Source of the DNA: Oscillospiraceae bacterium
GTDB lineage: Bacteria; Bacillota; Clostridia; Oscillospirales; Acutalibacteraceae
Direction: 5' to 3'
Length of the DNA stretch: 17,733 nucleotides
Assembly (NCBI GenBank): GCA_031267965.1
Contig: JAIRYC010000116.1
Location: 1 to 17,733 of the forward strand
A program made the position numbers and the translations under genes. The notes under the pieces are model-generated. The model was not told where the DNA came from, did no database searches, and saw nothing but the letters and a program-made list of their open reading frames with translations. Positions 1-8,446 of the stretch are shown in pieces. Positions within the stretch are counted from its first letter, which is position 1. Every line of letters starts with the position of its first letter.

Positions 1-121
1 CAGCGTGATTTGATTCTCCGCCGCGGGTCGGTTATTCCTTTTGTGTTTTCTATTAATTTTTCTATTCTCATGATTATATCTTATCACTTTGGGATGATTA
101 AGTAATTGCTGTTGCTCTGAA

Positions 122-149
122 GGCGCGACTTTTGATCGCGCCTTTATAA
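122..149. terminator. GC-rich hairpin (AGGCGCGA / TCGCGCCT arms, 7-nt loop) just downstream of the stop of the 169..768 minus-strand gene. Possible bidirectional terminator; the flanking U-tract is weak.
   Basis: Inverted repeat read directly in the sequence. Sits 20 nt past the stop codon (169-171). Confidence 0.35.
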
Positions 150-168
150 AATTACCTGTCATGCCGTA

Positions 169-768
169 TTACTTGATATCGAACGTGCGCGTAACCATGC
201 GGCTATCAGTCGTGACAAGCTGTTTAACAATCGCCTTGACCGGTGTGTCTTTATCTGCCAGTACAAATGCACGGGTTACCTCACGCTTTGCGTTTGGCTG
301 TACGTCCTCACTGATAGAGGCGCCGTTGAAATCCTTGATATCTTTCAGCACTGCGTCAGAGAGCTTAAGCGTACCCTGATATGCCGTATCCGAAAGGAAA
401 GTGAGAAAATTCATCACCGCGTTGCTGCCATTCTCAATCTCGTAAGTGATGATAATGGCATCCTTGCCGTTCTCGTCCTTGACGATTTTGTGGGATTTAA
501 TCTCCACTGTCAGTGACCCAAGAACACCTTTGTTTACAAGCTCATCAGGATTTTCAGTCGGCGTTATGGTTGGCGGGGTTACCGAGGTTATTGATGGCGT
601 GAGCGGGTCAGTTACACCCTCGTCCTTTTTTTTATTGTGCATGGCAAAGGCAATGACTGCACCCAAAACTGCCAGCACTACAAGTATTGCCAGCAGTATT
701 TTCCACCATGAGCTGCCTTCGTCTTGCGGTGCGTGATAGGCGCTGCCGCGGTTGTTGCTGTCGTTCAT
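169..768 (-). CDS. Membrane-anchored DUF5067/DUF4352-like lipoprotein-type protein (N-terminal TM helix, Thr/Pro-rich linker, beta-rich extracytoplasmic domain).
   Basis: ATG at 768 is preceded by GGAGG (779..775) with a 6-nt spacer. The longer ORF-track start at 840 has no RBS. The sequence pattern (KSHKIVKDENGKDAIIITYEIENGS...FLTFLSDTAYQ) matches the DUF5067 family from memory. Confidence 0.6.
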   Translation of the reverse strand: MNDSNNRGSAYHAPQDEGSSWWKILLAILVVLAVLGAVIAFAMHNKKKDEGVTDPLTPSITSVTPPTITPTENPDELVNKGVLGSLTVEIKSHKIVKDENGKDAIIITYEIENGSNAVMNFLTFLSDTAYQGTLKLSDAVLKDIKDFNGASISEDVQPNAKREVTRAFVLADKDTPVKAIVKQLVTTDSRMVTRTFDIK

Positions 769-1118
769 TACATACCTCCGGGTTGTTTTGCTCTCTACGG
801 TTCTGGGGTATTGTGCCCCGACCTTCAGCAAGGTATGCATGTGGTGTATTCATTTACGCTTATATAATCGCTGGTGCACATAGTTCACCCTGCTTGCCTC
901 TATGCGCTTTTTACCCTTGGGACTTTGCGAAAATCCGGAGAAATTTCTTCCAAGCAAGTGCTTTTCGTGCTTTGGAAACCGTTTCCACTCAGTTCCAATG
1001 AACAAATCTGATCTCAGAAACTTTTAAAACGCAAAAAGTCTTTATTTATAAGGAATTTTTAAGATTTATGCTACCAACGCGTTTTTCTGCGCAATGCCGT
1101 AGCCAGCTCACATGAAGA

Positions 1119-2066
1119 TTACTCATTGAGGAGCGCTGCGCCCAAAATCCCTGCGTCATTACCAAGCGAAGCGGCAACCAATTCCGTCTGTCTATCCGCG
1201 TTGCATGAGTAACGTTCACGTGCAATAACATGACGAAGAGGCTCAAGCAAAACCTCTCCCTCTTTGCCAATGCCGCCGCCAATACAAACCATCGCCGGCT
1301 GAAAAATATTAATAATATTCACAATTCCGGTCGCAAGGAAGGCGATGTAATTTTTCACAACCAGCTTACCGGCTTCATCGCCCTTCTTTGCCGCACGGAA
1401 AGCCGTCTGTCCGTTGATATTATCATAACTGTCGTCACAAAGTTGCCACATTAGGCTGTCTTGGTTTGAGCGCATTATATCGCGCGTCTGCTGGACCAAT
1501 GCGCGCGCACTCGAATAACTCTCCCAGCAGCCACGGCGTCCGCAGGTGCAACGGCTGCCATCCTTTATAATGACCATGTGCCCCATCTCACCCGCCGCAT
1601 AGTTTATTCCGCCAAGTATTTTGCCGTCAACAATAATCCCACTGCCAACCCCCGTGCCCAGCGTAATCATTATAAAAGAATCAACACCGTTCCCGGCTCC
1701 GGCACGGCATTCGCCCAGTGCGGCGGCGTTGGCATCATTTTCAAGATAAACGGGCTTAGCAAAGTGATTTTGCAATATCAACACTGCCGGGACATTGCGA
1801 AAATCCAGATTGTTGGCATAGGTAATCAGCCCAGTGCGTTTGTCGATTGAGCCGGGCGTACCAAGACCGATGGACATAACATCTTCAACGGTGATTCCCG
1901 CCGAAACAATTGCTTCCTCTGTCGCCGCGATAATATCCGCAAATATCTGTTCGTAAGGACGCGGTGCGTTGGTTTTGCGCTGTCCCCGACCAATTATACG
2001 CAGATTTTCATCCGCCACGCCCACTGCAATGTTTGTGCCGCCAAGGTCAATGCCGATTTTGTACAC
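1119..2066 (-). CDS. glcK: ROK-family glucokinase
   Basis: N-terminal IGIDLGGT motif and the ROK zinc motif CTCGRRGCWESY. GTG start at 2066 with AGGAGTG RBS and a 7-nt spacer. Confidence 0.85.
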   Translation of the reverse strand: MYKIGIDLGGTNIAVGVADENLRIIGRGQRKTNAPRPYEQIFADIIAATEEAIVSAGITVEDVMSIGLGTPGSIDKRTGLITYANNLDFRNVPAVLILQNHFAKPVYLENDANAAALGECRAGAGNGVDSFIMITLGTGVGSGIIVDGKILGGINYAAGEMGHMVIIKDGSRCTCGRRGCWESYSSARALVQQTRDIMRSNQDSLMWQLCDDSYDNINGQTAFRAAKKGDEAGKLVVKNYIAFLATGIVNIINIFQPAMVCIGGGIGKEGEVLLEPLRHVIARERYSCNADRQTELVAASLGNDAGILGAALLNE

Positions 2067-2132
2067 GGTTTATCACTCCTGTGCGATTGATCATTCCAAT
2101 ATAAACGGGCAGCAATGTACTTTGACCGGTAG

Positions 2133-3329
2133 TCATAAATTTCTTGCAAAGCGTTCGCCAAAATCCTCCGCCGCCGCGATATCGTCCACCGTTGGTACAA
2201 GTGTAACTTTAAATTGTTCTTCAAACACACGGCATTTAAGGTTGCCCAAGCGTGCTGCCGTGTTGGTGAAGCCTTCACCGCTCCAGCCGTATGAGCCAAA
2301 TAGCGCGGCGGGACGTTTGGCAATATTCACCGCGTCCGCGTGCGCAAGCAAGGTGTGAATTGGCGGGACCGCATCACGGTTCATTGTCAGGCATCCGATA
2401 GCAAACGCATCGTTTACGTTGAGCAGCTCCTCAAGCTTCGCCATATCGTGGTCGATGATGTTGTATGTCTCGCACTCAGCTTGTGGAAAGACACGCAAAA
2501 TCCCGCGGCGCACAGCTTCGGCAAGCGCGGCGGTGTTGCCGTATGCAGAGCAATAAAATATGGGGATTCTCTTTTGTGCAGCTATTTTTTCACGGCTCCA
2601 AAACGCATATTTTTCCAGCGCATGCTCCAGCATCAGCCCTTGAGTAAGCACCGGACCGTGCGAAGGGCATATTATATCTGGTTGCAGCGGTTCGATTTTC
2701 TCCAGCCCTTTGCGTACCCATGGCAGGAAGGGTCCAAAAATGCAATCGAAATAATTCTTCAGTGCGCTTTCATAAGCCTCATGATAAACAAAATGCTTGT
2801 CCAGTACACCGGGCTCACAGTAGTGCGCACCTAAAAAGTCGCACGAAAACAGCACCTTATCCTCTTCAAGATAGGTGAACATCGAATCCGGCCAATGCAA
2901 AAATGGCGCGGGCAAAAAGCGCAAGGTTTTGCCTCCAAGATTAAGCGTTTCGCCGTCCTTGACAACATGCACGCGCAGATCCGTTATATTCGTGATGTTT
3001 TTTAGATAAACACTTGCCGCCCGCGTTGCGAAAACCTCAATATCAGGGAATTGCTTCAACAACTCGGCAACACACCCGGAGTGGTCCGGCTCCGTGTGAT
3101 TTATGATGAGGTAATCCGGCGCATTCCCTTGCAAAATCTCAGATATCTCCTCCTGAAACAATGCGGAAAAGCTTTTGTGCGCCGTTTCAATCAGCGCAAT
3201 TTTGTCCGTGCCACGCACCACATAGGAATTGTAGCTTGTTCCGTATTCCGTGCGCATGATCACGTCAAACACGCGCATATTTGGATTCAGCACGCCTGTA
3301 AAATACACACCGTCAAGCAGTTTTTTCAC
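2133..3329 (-). CDS. fprA: Flavodiiron protein (FprA-type; metallo-beta-lactamase-like di-iron domain plus C-terminal flavodoxin domain); O2/NO reductase family.
   Basis: HxExDH-type motif (NHTEPDHSG) and flavodoxin-like C-terminus. The likely start is the in-frame GTG at 3329 (CAGGAGGA RBS, 7-nt spacer), not the upstream TTG at 3350 that the ORF track begins with. Confidence 0.8.
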   Translation of the reverse strand: MKKLLDGVYFTGVLNPNMRVFDVIMRTEYGTSYNSYVVRGTDKIALIETAHKSFSALFQEEISEILQGNAPDYLIINHTEPDHSGCVAELLKQFPDIEVFATRAASVYLKNITNITDLRVHVVKDGETLNLGGKTLRFLPAPFLHWPDSMFTYLEEDKVLFSCDFLGAHYCEPGVLDKHFVYHEAYESALKNYFDCIFGPFLPWVRKGLEKIEPLQPDIICPSHGPVLTQGLMLEHALEKYAFWSREKIAAQKRIPIFYCSAYGNTAALAEAVRRGILRVFPQAECETYNIIDHDMAKLEELLNVNDAFAIGCLTMNRDAVPPIHTLLAHADAVNIAKRPAALFGSYGWSGEGFTNTAARLGNLKCRVFEEQFKVTLVPTVDDIAAAEDFGERFARNL

Positions 3330-3346
3330 GCCATAATCCTCCTGTG

Positions 3347-4009
3347 TCAACTAATCTGAATTGCACTAATAAAGTAGCCATCTTTTGACGTGCGCAGAGT
3401 GATTTTGCTGTACTTGTTCGGCTCAGGCTGAATTATATTGCCTTTTTCATCCTGCAGGTATTCTGACGCGGGAATATAGCCAACAGTCAGGATAATGGAA
3501 CGCGATTTCTTTTGTATATCGGTCACACGCGGGATATAGATAGGCGCAATGGCGGTGATGGGCACCAAATAGGCCTGTTTTGTTTTGTCATACGTAAAGA
3601 CGTAGTCTCCGCCGTCAATCGTGGCATGTTCGAGTGTATCAAGAACGCCAAACAGCGCCGCAAACTGCGCGTCAACATCCGCTTTAGGGATTTGAAAGCC
3701 CGCACCGTCCGCAAGCGGTACAGTTTCATACTGACCTGTTTCCAGATTTGATTGCAGAATTTTCCAAATCGTGCAGTCAAGCAACTGCATCTGCGAGGCC
3801 TGGCTCACGTCGTCAAATGGGTCTGGGTCGTTGCGGATAACAGGGGCAAGGAAAGTCTCATATTCTGTGCGCCTGGCACTGTCTCCAAACAAATTACCGA
3901 CACTCCTGCCGGCAAGCATAATCAATGTAATTGCGCCAAAAATCGCCAGCAATATTACAAGCAAGCCCAAAACAAACGAGCCGATGCGCTTATTACTTGC
4001 CTTCTCCAT
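3347..4009 (-). CDS. Hypothetical membrane-anchored protein (single N-terminal TM helix, roughly 190-aa extracytoplasmic domain).
   Basis: ATG at 4009 with GGAGGA RBS (4022..4017) and a 7-nt spacer. The hydrophobic segment is IGSFVLGLLVILLAIFGAITLIMLAG. No family recognised. Confidence 0.55.
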   Translation of the reverse strand: MEKASNKRIGSFVLGLLVILLAIFGAITLIMLAGRSVGNLFGDSARRTEYETFLAPVIRNDPDPFDDVSQASQMQLLDCTIWKILQSNLETGQYETVPLADGAGFQIPKADVDAQFAALFGVLDTLEHATIDGGDYVFTYDKTKQAYLVPITAIAPIYIPRVTDIQKKSRSIILTVGYIPASEYLQDEKGNIIQPEPNKYSKITLRTSKDGYFISAIQIS

Positions 4010-4025
4010 GAGGGGTTCCTCCAAA

Positions 4026-5270
4026 CTATCTAATCTGTCCGCTGCCGCGTATTAAATATTTCTCGCTGACCAAATTGGCAAGCCCCAAAGGTCCGCGTGC
4101 ATGCAGCTTTTGCGTCGATATGCCGATTTCCGCACCAAAGCCGAATTCGCCGCCGTCAGTAAACCTTGTGGACGCGTTGACGTAAACCGCCGCGCTGTCA
4201 ACTTCACGCAAAAAGCGTTCCGCCGCCGCGTAATTTTGTGTGATAATCGCCTCGCTATGGTGTGTAGAATACTGCGCAATGTGAGCAATCGCCTCATCCA
4301 GGCTATCAACGACTTTCACGCTCATCACGTAGGCGCCGTACTCCGTGCCCCAATCGTTCTCAGCCGCGGGAACTGTCCCGGGCAAAATTGCGCAAGCCGC
4401 CGCATCGCCGCGCAGCTCGACCTTTTTAACCGCAAGCCGTTCCGCAATAACCGGCAGTGCCTCAACCGCAACGGATCTGTGCACCAACAGGCTTTCTGCC
4501 GCGTTGCAGACCGAGGGGCGGCTGGTTTTGGCGTTGTGAATAATCTCCGCCGCCATGCCGATATCCGCACTTTTATCCACATAGATATGGCAGTTACCCG
4601 CACCTGTTTCGATGACAGGAACACGCGCGTTCTCAACAACTGCGCGGATAAGCCCTGCGCCGCCGCGTGGAATGAGTACATCAATCAACCCGGTAAGCCC
4701 CATCATCTCAGCCGCACTCTCGCGTGAGGTATCCTCTACTAGTTGTATGCAGTCTGCGGGAAGCCCCGAACGCTCTAATGCTTGGCGCATAACTTCAGCA
4801 ATCGCGGTGTTGCTGTGGATAGCTTCTTTGCCGCCGCGGAGTATGCACGCGTTGCCTGCCATGAGACAAAGTGCAGCCGCGTCACTGCAAACGTTGGGGC
4901 GAGCTTCAAAAATCACACCCACCACACCCAGCGGCACAGTGATTTTTTCAATGCGCAATCCGTTTGGACGCACTGTACCCCACAGCACACGGCCTACCGG
5001 ATCCTCCTCGGCCGAAATATCACGCACACCCTTAGCCATGCCGACAATGCGCCCCTCGTCCAGCGAGAGTCTATCCAGCAGTGCCGCAGACATACTGCTC
5101 TCGCGTCCCGCCTGCAGATCCAGCGCGTTTGCCGCAATTATTTCCGCGCAACCAACTTCAAGCCCTCCGGCGATAGCCTCTAACGCGGTGCGTTTGGCAA
5201 CACCATCAAGCTTTGCCAGTTGAGTACGCGCTGCTTGCGCGCGTTCACCCATTGCGCGGATTGTGGGCAT
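4026..5270 (-). CDS. proA: Gamma-glutamyl phosphate reductase
   Basis: Full-length ALDH-fold ProA signature (GRVLWGTVRPNGL..., catalytic Cys region NASTRFTDGGEFG). ATG at 5270 with AGGAGA RBS. Confidence 0.9.
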   Translation of the reverse strand: MPTIRAMGERAQAARTQLAKLDGVAKRTALEAIAGGLEVGCAEIIAANALDLQAGRESSMSAALLDRLSLDEGRIVGMAKGVRDISAEEDPVGRVLWGTVRPNGLRIEKITVPLGVVGVIFEARPNVCSDAAALCLMAGNACILRGGKEAIHSNTAIAEVMRQALERSGLPADCIQLVEDTSRESAAEMMGLTGLIDVLIPRGGAGLIRAVVENARVPVIETGAGNCHIYVDKSADIGMAAEIIHNAKTSRPSVCNAAESLLVHRSVAVEALPVIAERLAVKKVELRGDAAACAILPGTVPAAENDWGTEYGAYVMSVKVVDSLDEAIAHIAQYSTHHSEAIITQNYAAAERFLREVDSAAVYVNASTRFTDGGEFGFGAEIGISTQKLHARGPLGLANLVSEKYLIRGSGQIR

Positions 5271-5359
5271 TACAAGAGTCTCCTAATCATGTGAGCGCAA
5301 TTGCCAACCTGCCCGCCGCCAACAATGTTTTTCCAGCCGATTGACAATCGCATTGCGAA

Positions 5360-5782
5360 TTATTCTTCGTTACCGTGGTCATGCCCACAGTCGCAGCTGA
5401 CATCAAATTCCAGCAACTCGTTGCAAACAGGGCAGTGGATTTCGCCTTCGTCAAGGATTTCTTCGTCCACGGCAAAAGTTTCGCCGCATGCAGGGCACTG
5501 CACCTCGACATCGCTGTCCCCATCATCGTCAATTGTCCAGTCCTCGCCCGTGAGCTCCTCGTAGACATAATCCTCAAGCTCGTCTAAATCCTCGTCCACA
5601 GCGTCAAGCTGTTCGCTCAACTCCGCAACGGTGTTCTCCAGCGCCTTAACCGTGCTCGCCGCTTCCTCCAGCACCGCAATGATTGCGGAAATCAAACGCC
5701 CGTGCGTTTCGTTCTCATCCAGCCCTAAGCCCTCAGAAAGCCCTTTAAGGTGGGCAACCTTTTCGCCTAATGTCATCGCCAT
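5360..5782 (-). CDS. Acidic zinc-ribbon protein (coiled-coil N-terminus, poly-Asp/Glu tract, C-terminal CPxC...CPxC...CDC cluster).
   Basis: ATG at 5782 with AAAGGA RBS and a 7-nt spacer. The ORF-track start at 5830 has no RBS. The Cys motifs CPACG / CPVCN were read directly. Confidence 0.6.
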   Translation of the reverse strand: MAMTLGEKVAHLKGLSEGLGLDENETHGRLISAIIAVLEEAASTVKALENTVAELSEQLDAVDEDLDELEDYVYEELTGEDWTIDDDGDSDVEVQCPACGETFAVDEEILDEGEIHCPVCNELLEFDVSCDCGHDHGNEE

Positions 5783-5826
5783 CGGTTTGTCCTTTCGTGT
5801 ACACAATGTGTAACTGCGTTTGGATT

Positions 5827-6384
5827 TCACGCGCGGGATAAGTATTCCCCGGTGCGCGTATCCACCATAACAACCTCGCCCTCGTCAATAAAGAGTGGGA
5901 CTTTGATTTCCGCACCGGTTTCCAGCGTAGCAGGTTTGGTTGCATTTGTTGCGGTGTTTCCTTTAAAGCCCGGGTCAGTCTGCGTGATTTGGAGCGTAAC
6001 CGTATTGGGCGGTTCCAAGCCGAATACGCTGCCCTTGTAAGAAAGCACGCGGCAAACCACGTTCTCCTTAACAAAACGGAAGCTGTCCGGCAGTATATCC
6101 GCGCCGATTGGTACCAATTCAAAGCTCTCAGGGTCCATGAAATAATGCAGTCCGCCATCGCTGTAGCTATACTCCATGTCCTTGCGTTCAATGAATGCCG
6201 TTGGGAATTTTTCTGACGGGTTGAATGTGCGCTCAACAACCGCACCGCCAATCACGTCGCGAATCTTAGTGCGCACAAAGGCTGCGCCCTTGCCCGGCTT
6301 GACGTGCTGAAACTCAATGATGGAATAGACGCTGCCATCCATCTCAAAGGTGACGCCATTACGGAAATCGCCTGCTGAAACCAT
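5827..6384 (-). CDS. efp: Elongation factor P
   Basis: KPGKGAAF motif and full-length EF-P pattern. ATG at 6384 with GGAGGA RBS (6397..6392). Confidence 0.9.
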   Translation of the reverse strand: MVSAGDFRNGVTFEMDGSVYSIIEFQHVKPGKGAAFVRTKIRDVIGGAVVERTFNPSEKFPTAFIERKDMEYSYSDGGLHYFMDPESFELVPIGADILPDSFRFVKENVVCRVLSYKGSVFGLEPPNTVTLQITQTDPGFKGNTATNATKPATLETGAEIKVPLFIDEGEVVMVDTRTGEYLSRA

Positions 6385-6417
6385 GGTATATTCCTCCGAT
6401 AAAAGCATTTAAATAAT

Positions 6418-6446
6418 ATTGTACCGCATTTTACACAAAAATGCAA
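6418..6446 (-). promoter_or_regulatory. Sigma-70/SigA-type promoter for efp: -35 TTGCAT (6446..6441), 17-nt spacer, -10 TACAAT (6423..6418).
   Basis: Hexamers and spacing read directly from the sequence. About a 27-nt leader to the efp ATG. Confidence 0.55.
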
Positions 6447-6471
6447 GGCTATGCAACGTTGCAATGCACCG

Positions 6472-7851
6472 TTAAAACTCCAGCCGATTTGCGATATACC
6501 CGTCCAGCGCCACGATAGCTATGCGCTCCTGCGCCATCGTGTCTCTGTCACGGACGGTAACGCAGCCGTCCTCCAGCGAATCAAAGTCAAAAGTGACGCA
6601 AACCGGCGTACCGATTTCGTCCTGGCGGCGGTAGCGTTTGCCTATGCTGCCGGAGTCGTCGTACTCAACGGCAAACTGCTTGGCAAGCTTATCATAAACG
6701 GCGCGCGCGCCCTCCTCCAGCTTTTTTGAGAGCGGCAGTACTGCAGCCTTGACCGGTGCAAGTGCCGGGTGTAGACGCAACACAACGCGCACGTCGTTTT
6801 TTTCTGCGTCCACAACCTCTTCGTCGTAGGCATCAACAAGGAAAGCAAGTGCAACACGGTCGGCTCCAAGCGACGGCTCAATAACATACGGCAAGTATTT
6901 CTCATTTGCTGCCTGGTCAAAATACTCAAGGCCTTTTCCTGAGGTATTTTGGTGCTGTGTGAGGTCAAAATCTGTGCGCGAGGCCACGCCCCACAGCTCG
7001 CCCCAGCCGAACGGAAAGCGGAATTCAAAATCCGTTGTGGCATTGGAATAGTGTGAAAGCTCCTTGGCCTCGTGGTCGCGCAAGCGCAGATTTTCCTCCT
7101 GCAAGCCCAGTGAAAGCAGCCACTGCTTGCAGTAATCCTTCCAGTAAGCAAACCACTCCAGTTCTGTGCCGGGCTTGCAGAAAAACTCCAACTCCATCTG
7201 CTCAAACTCACGGATACGAAAGATGAAATTGCCCGGCGTAATCTCGTTGCGGAAGCTTTTGCCAATTTGGCACACACCAAACGGAACTTTGCGCCGCGTG
7301 GTTCTCTGGATGTTGGAGAAGTTGACGAAAATACCCTGCGCTGTTTCCGGGCGCAAATAAAGCTCTGCTTTGCTGTCCTCGGTCACACCCTGGAAGGTTT
7401 TGAACATCAGGTTAAACGAACGGATATCGGTGAAGTCCGTTGCGCCGCAATCCGGGCATGCAATGGCATTATCACGGATGTACGCGCTCAGTTGCGCAAA
7501 ATCCCAGCCGGCGGGATTGACGCCGCCGTCCTCAATAAGCTTATCAGCGCGGTGGCGCGTCTTGCAGGACTTGCAGTCCATCAGCGGGTCGGAGAAGCCG
7601 CCTGCGTGCCCGGAAGCTACCCAAACCTGCGGGTTCATGAGGATAGCGCTATCCAGACCCACGTTGTATGGGTTCTCACGCACAAACTTTTTCCACCACG
7701 CAGCCTTGACGTTATTTTTGAATTCAACGCCAAGCGGGCCGTAGTCCCATGCGTTAGCAAGGCCGCCGTAAATCTCGCTGCCGGGATAAACAAAGCCGCG
7801 CCCTTTGCAAAGCGTGACGACTTTTTCCATGTTTTTTTCGGTGTTTTTCAT
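6472..7851 (-). CDS. glyQS: Glycine--tRNA ligase (dimeric class II GlyRS)
   Basis: Class II aaRS motifs and the GlyRS-specific N-terminus ([24 protein letters not shown]). Start is placed at ATG 7851; the alternatives GTG 7863 and ATG 7830 lack better RBS support. Confidence 0.85.
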   Translation of the reverse strand: MKNTEKNMEKVVTLCKGRGFVYPGSEIYGGLANAWDYGPLGVEFKNNVKAAWWKKFVRENPYNVGLDSAILMNPQVWVASGHAGGFSDPLMDCKSCKTRHRADKLIEDGGVNPAGWDFAQLSAYIRDNAIACPDCGATDFTDIRSFNLMFKTFQGVTEDSKAELYLRPETAQGIFVNFSNIQRTTRRKVPFGVCQIGKSFRNEITPGNFIFRIREFEQMELEFFCKPGTELEWFAYWKDYCKQWLLSLGLQEENLRLRDHEAKELSHYSNATTDFEFRFPFGWGELWGVASRTDFDLTQHQNTSGKGLEYFDQAANEKYLPYVIEPSLGADRVALAFLVDAYDEEVVDAEKNDVRVVLRLHPALAPVKAAVLPLSKKLEEGARAVYDKLAKQFAVEYDDSGSIGKRYRRQDEIGTPVCVTFDFDSLEDGCVTVRDRDTMAQERIAIVALDGYIANRLEF

Positions 7852-7883
7852 GTTGCTTCTCACTTTCCCAAATTGCGAGGTTA

Positions 7884-7912
7884 ATTATAGCGTATTGTCG
7901 GGTGAAAAGCAA
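7884..7912 (-). promoter_or_regulatory. Consensus promoter for glyQS: -35 TTGCTT (7912..7907), 17-nt spacer, -10 TATAAT (7889..7884). The predicted leader is only about 26 nt, so no T-box.
   Basis: Read directly. No T-box or antiterminator consensus (GGGTGG..ACCGCG) was found anywhere in 7864-8320 on the minus strand. Confidence 0.55.
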
Positions 7913-7991
7913 GGCGGAGCGTTACAATTGCGGCGGGTTTAGCTTGCAGTCCGGCCAAAAGCCAAATTCGGCGTTTTTTGCCCGTGTAGTG

Positions 7992-8318
7992 TTAGGTACG
8001 GCGTATGCTGCACTTTGTCTCTTGTGTGAGCCTATGTTCTTCGCCAAATTTATTTAATCTAATTTTATATGCTTTCAAAAACCACAACATTGCGTCTGTA
8101 TAATGGCCTTGATTAAAATGCACACACCCAATATTGTTATAAACATTTGCTGTTTTCGGATGATCTGCGCCATGTGTTTTTTCATAAATAGGCAACGCCT
8201 TTTCATACCATTCCAGTGCTTCTTGGTAATCACCGTTTTTGTAATATGCCAAGCCTAATTTAGCGCAAGCGTATCCAAACTCTTCCTCAGCCCCAATTGC
8301 GTAAACAACATTGCGCAA
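7992..8318 (-). pseudogene. TPR-repeat (TPR_12-like) protein fragment, 108 codons. It opens immediately after an in-frame stop and has only a TTG start. Likely the 3' remnant of a larger TPR gene inside a low-GC island.
   Basis: Clear TPR consensus (ALEWYEKALPIYEKTHGADHPKTANVYNNIGCVHFNQGHYTDAM...). No ATG and no SD. Local GC is about 35%, against about 55% in the flanks. Confidence 0.4.
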
Positions 8319-8446
8319 AGCTCATTTGTCAGTCGCAGATAAATCTCACGCATTATCCCTGAAGATCTTCAAAAATTCGCGTAATCGTCCCATTTCTTCA
8401 AAAAGTCGTTATTTTTCCGGTGTTATAATAAAATGTGACGAAATTG

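Noticed and set aside
1-70. Possible minus-strand ORF starting at ATG 70 (MRIEKLIENTKGITDPRRR...) and running off the window
   Set aside because: Only 23 codons are visible. The candidate -10 sits 1 nt from the ATG, so promoter geometry is inconsistent. It cannot be supported.
632-1001. ORFs 446..736(+), 632..853(-), 687..1001(+) overlapping the DUF5067-like gene and its promoter region
   Set aside because: They have no RBS, odd composition and overlap a better-supported gene. These are antisense or shadow ORFs.
4052-5223. Multiple plus- and minus-strand ORFs inside proA (4101..4727, 4612..5223, 4782..5183 and others)
   Set aside because: These are shadow ORFs in a GC-rich gene. The ProA frame has the strong family signature.
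5745-6251. 168-aa minus-strand ORF overlapping efp in another frame
   Set aside because: It is a shadow ORF; the EF-P frame carries the diagnostic KPGKG motif.
7864-8320. T-box riboswitch upstream of glyQS
   Set aside because: Searched the minus strand for the T-box/antiterminator consensus and a GGC specifier context. None was found, and the leader from the consensus promoter is only about 26 nt.
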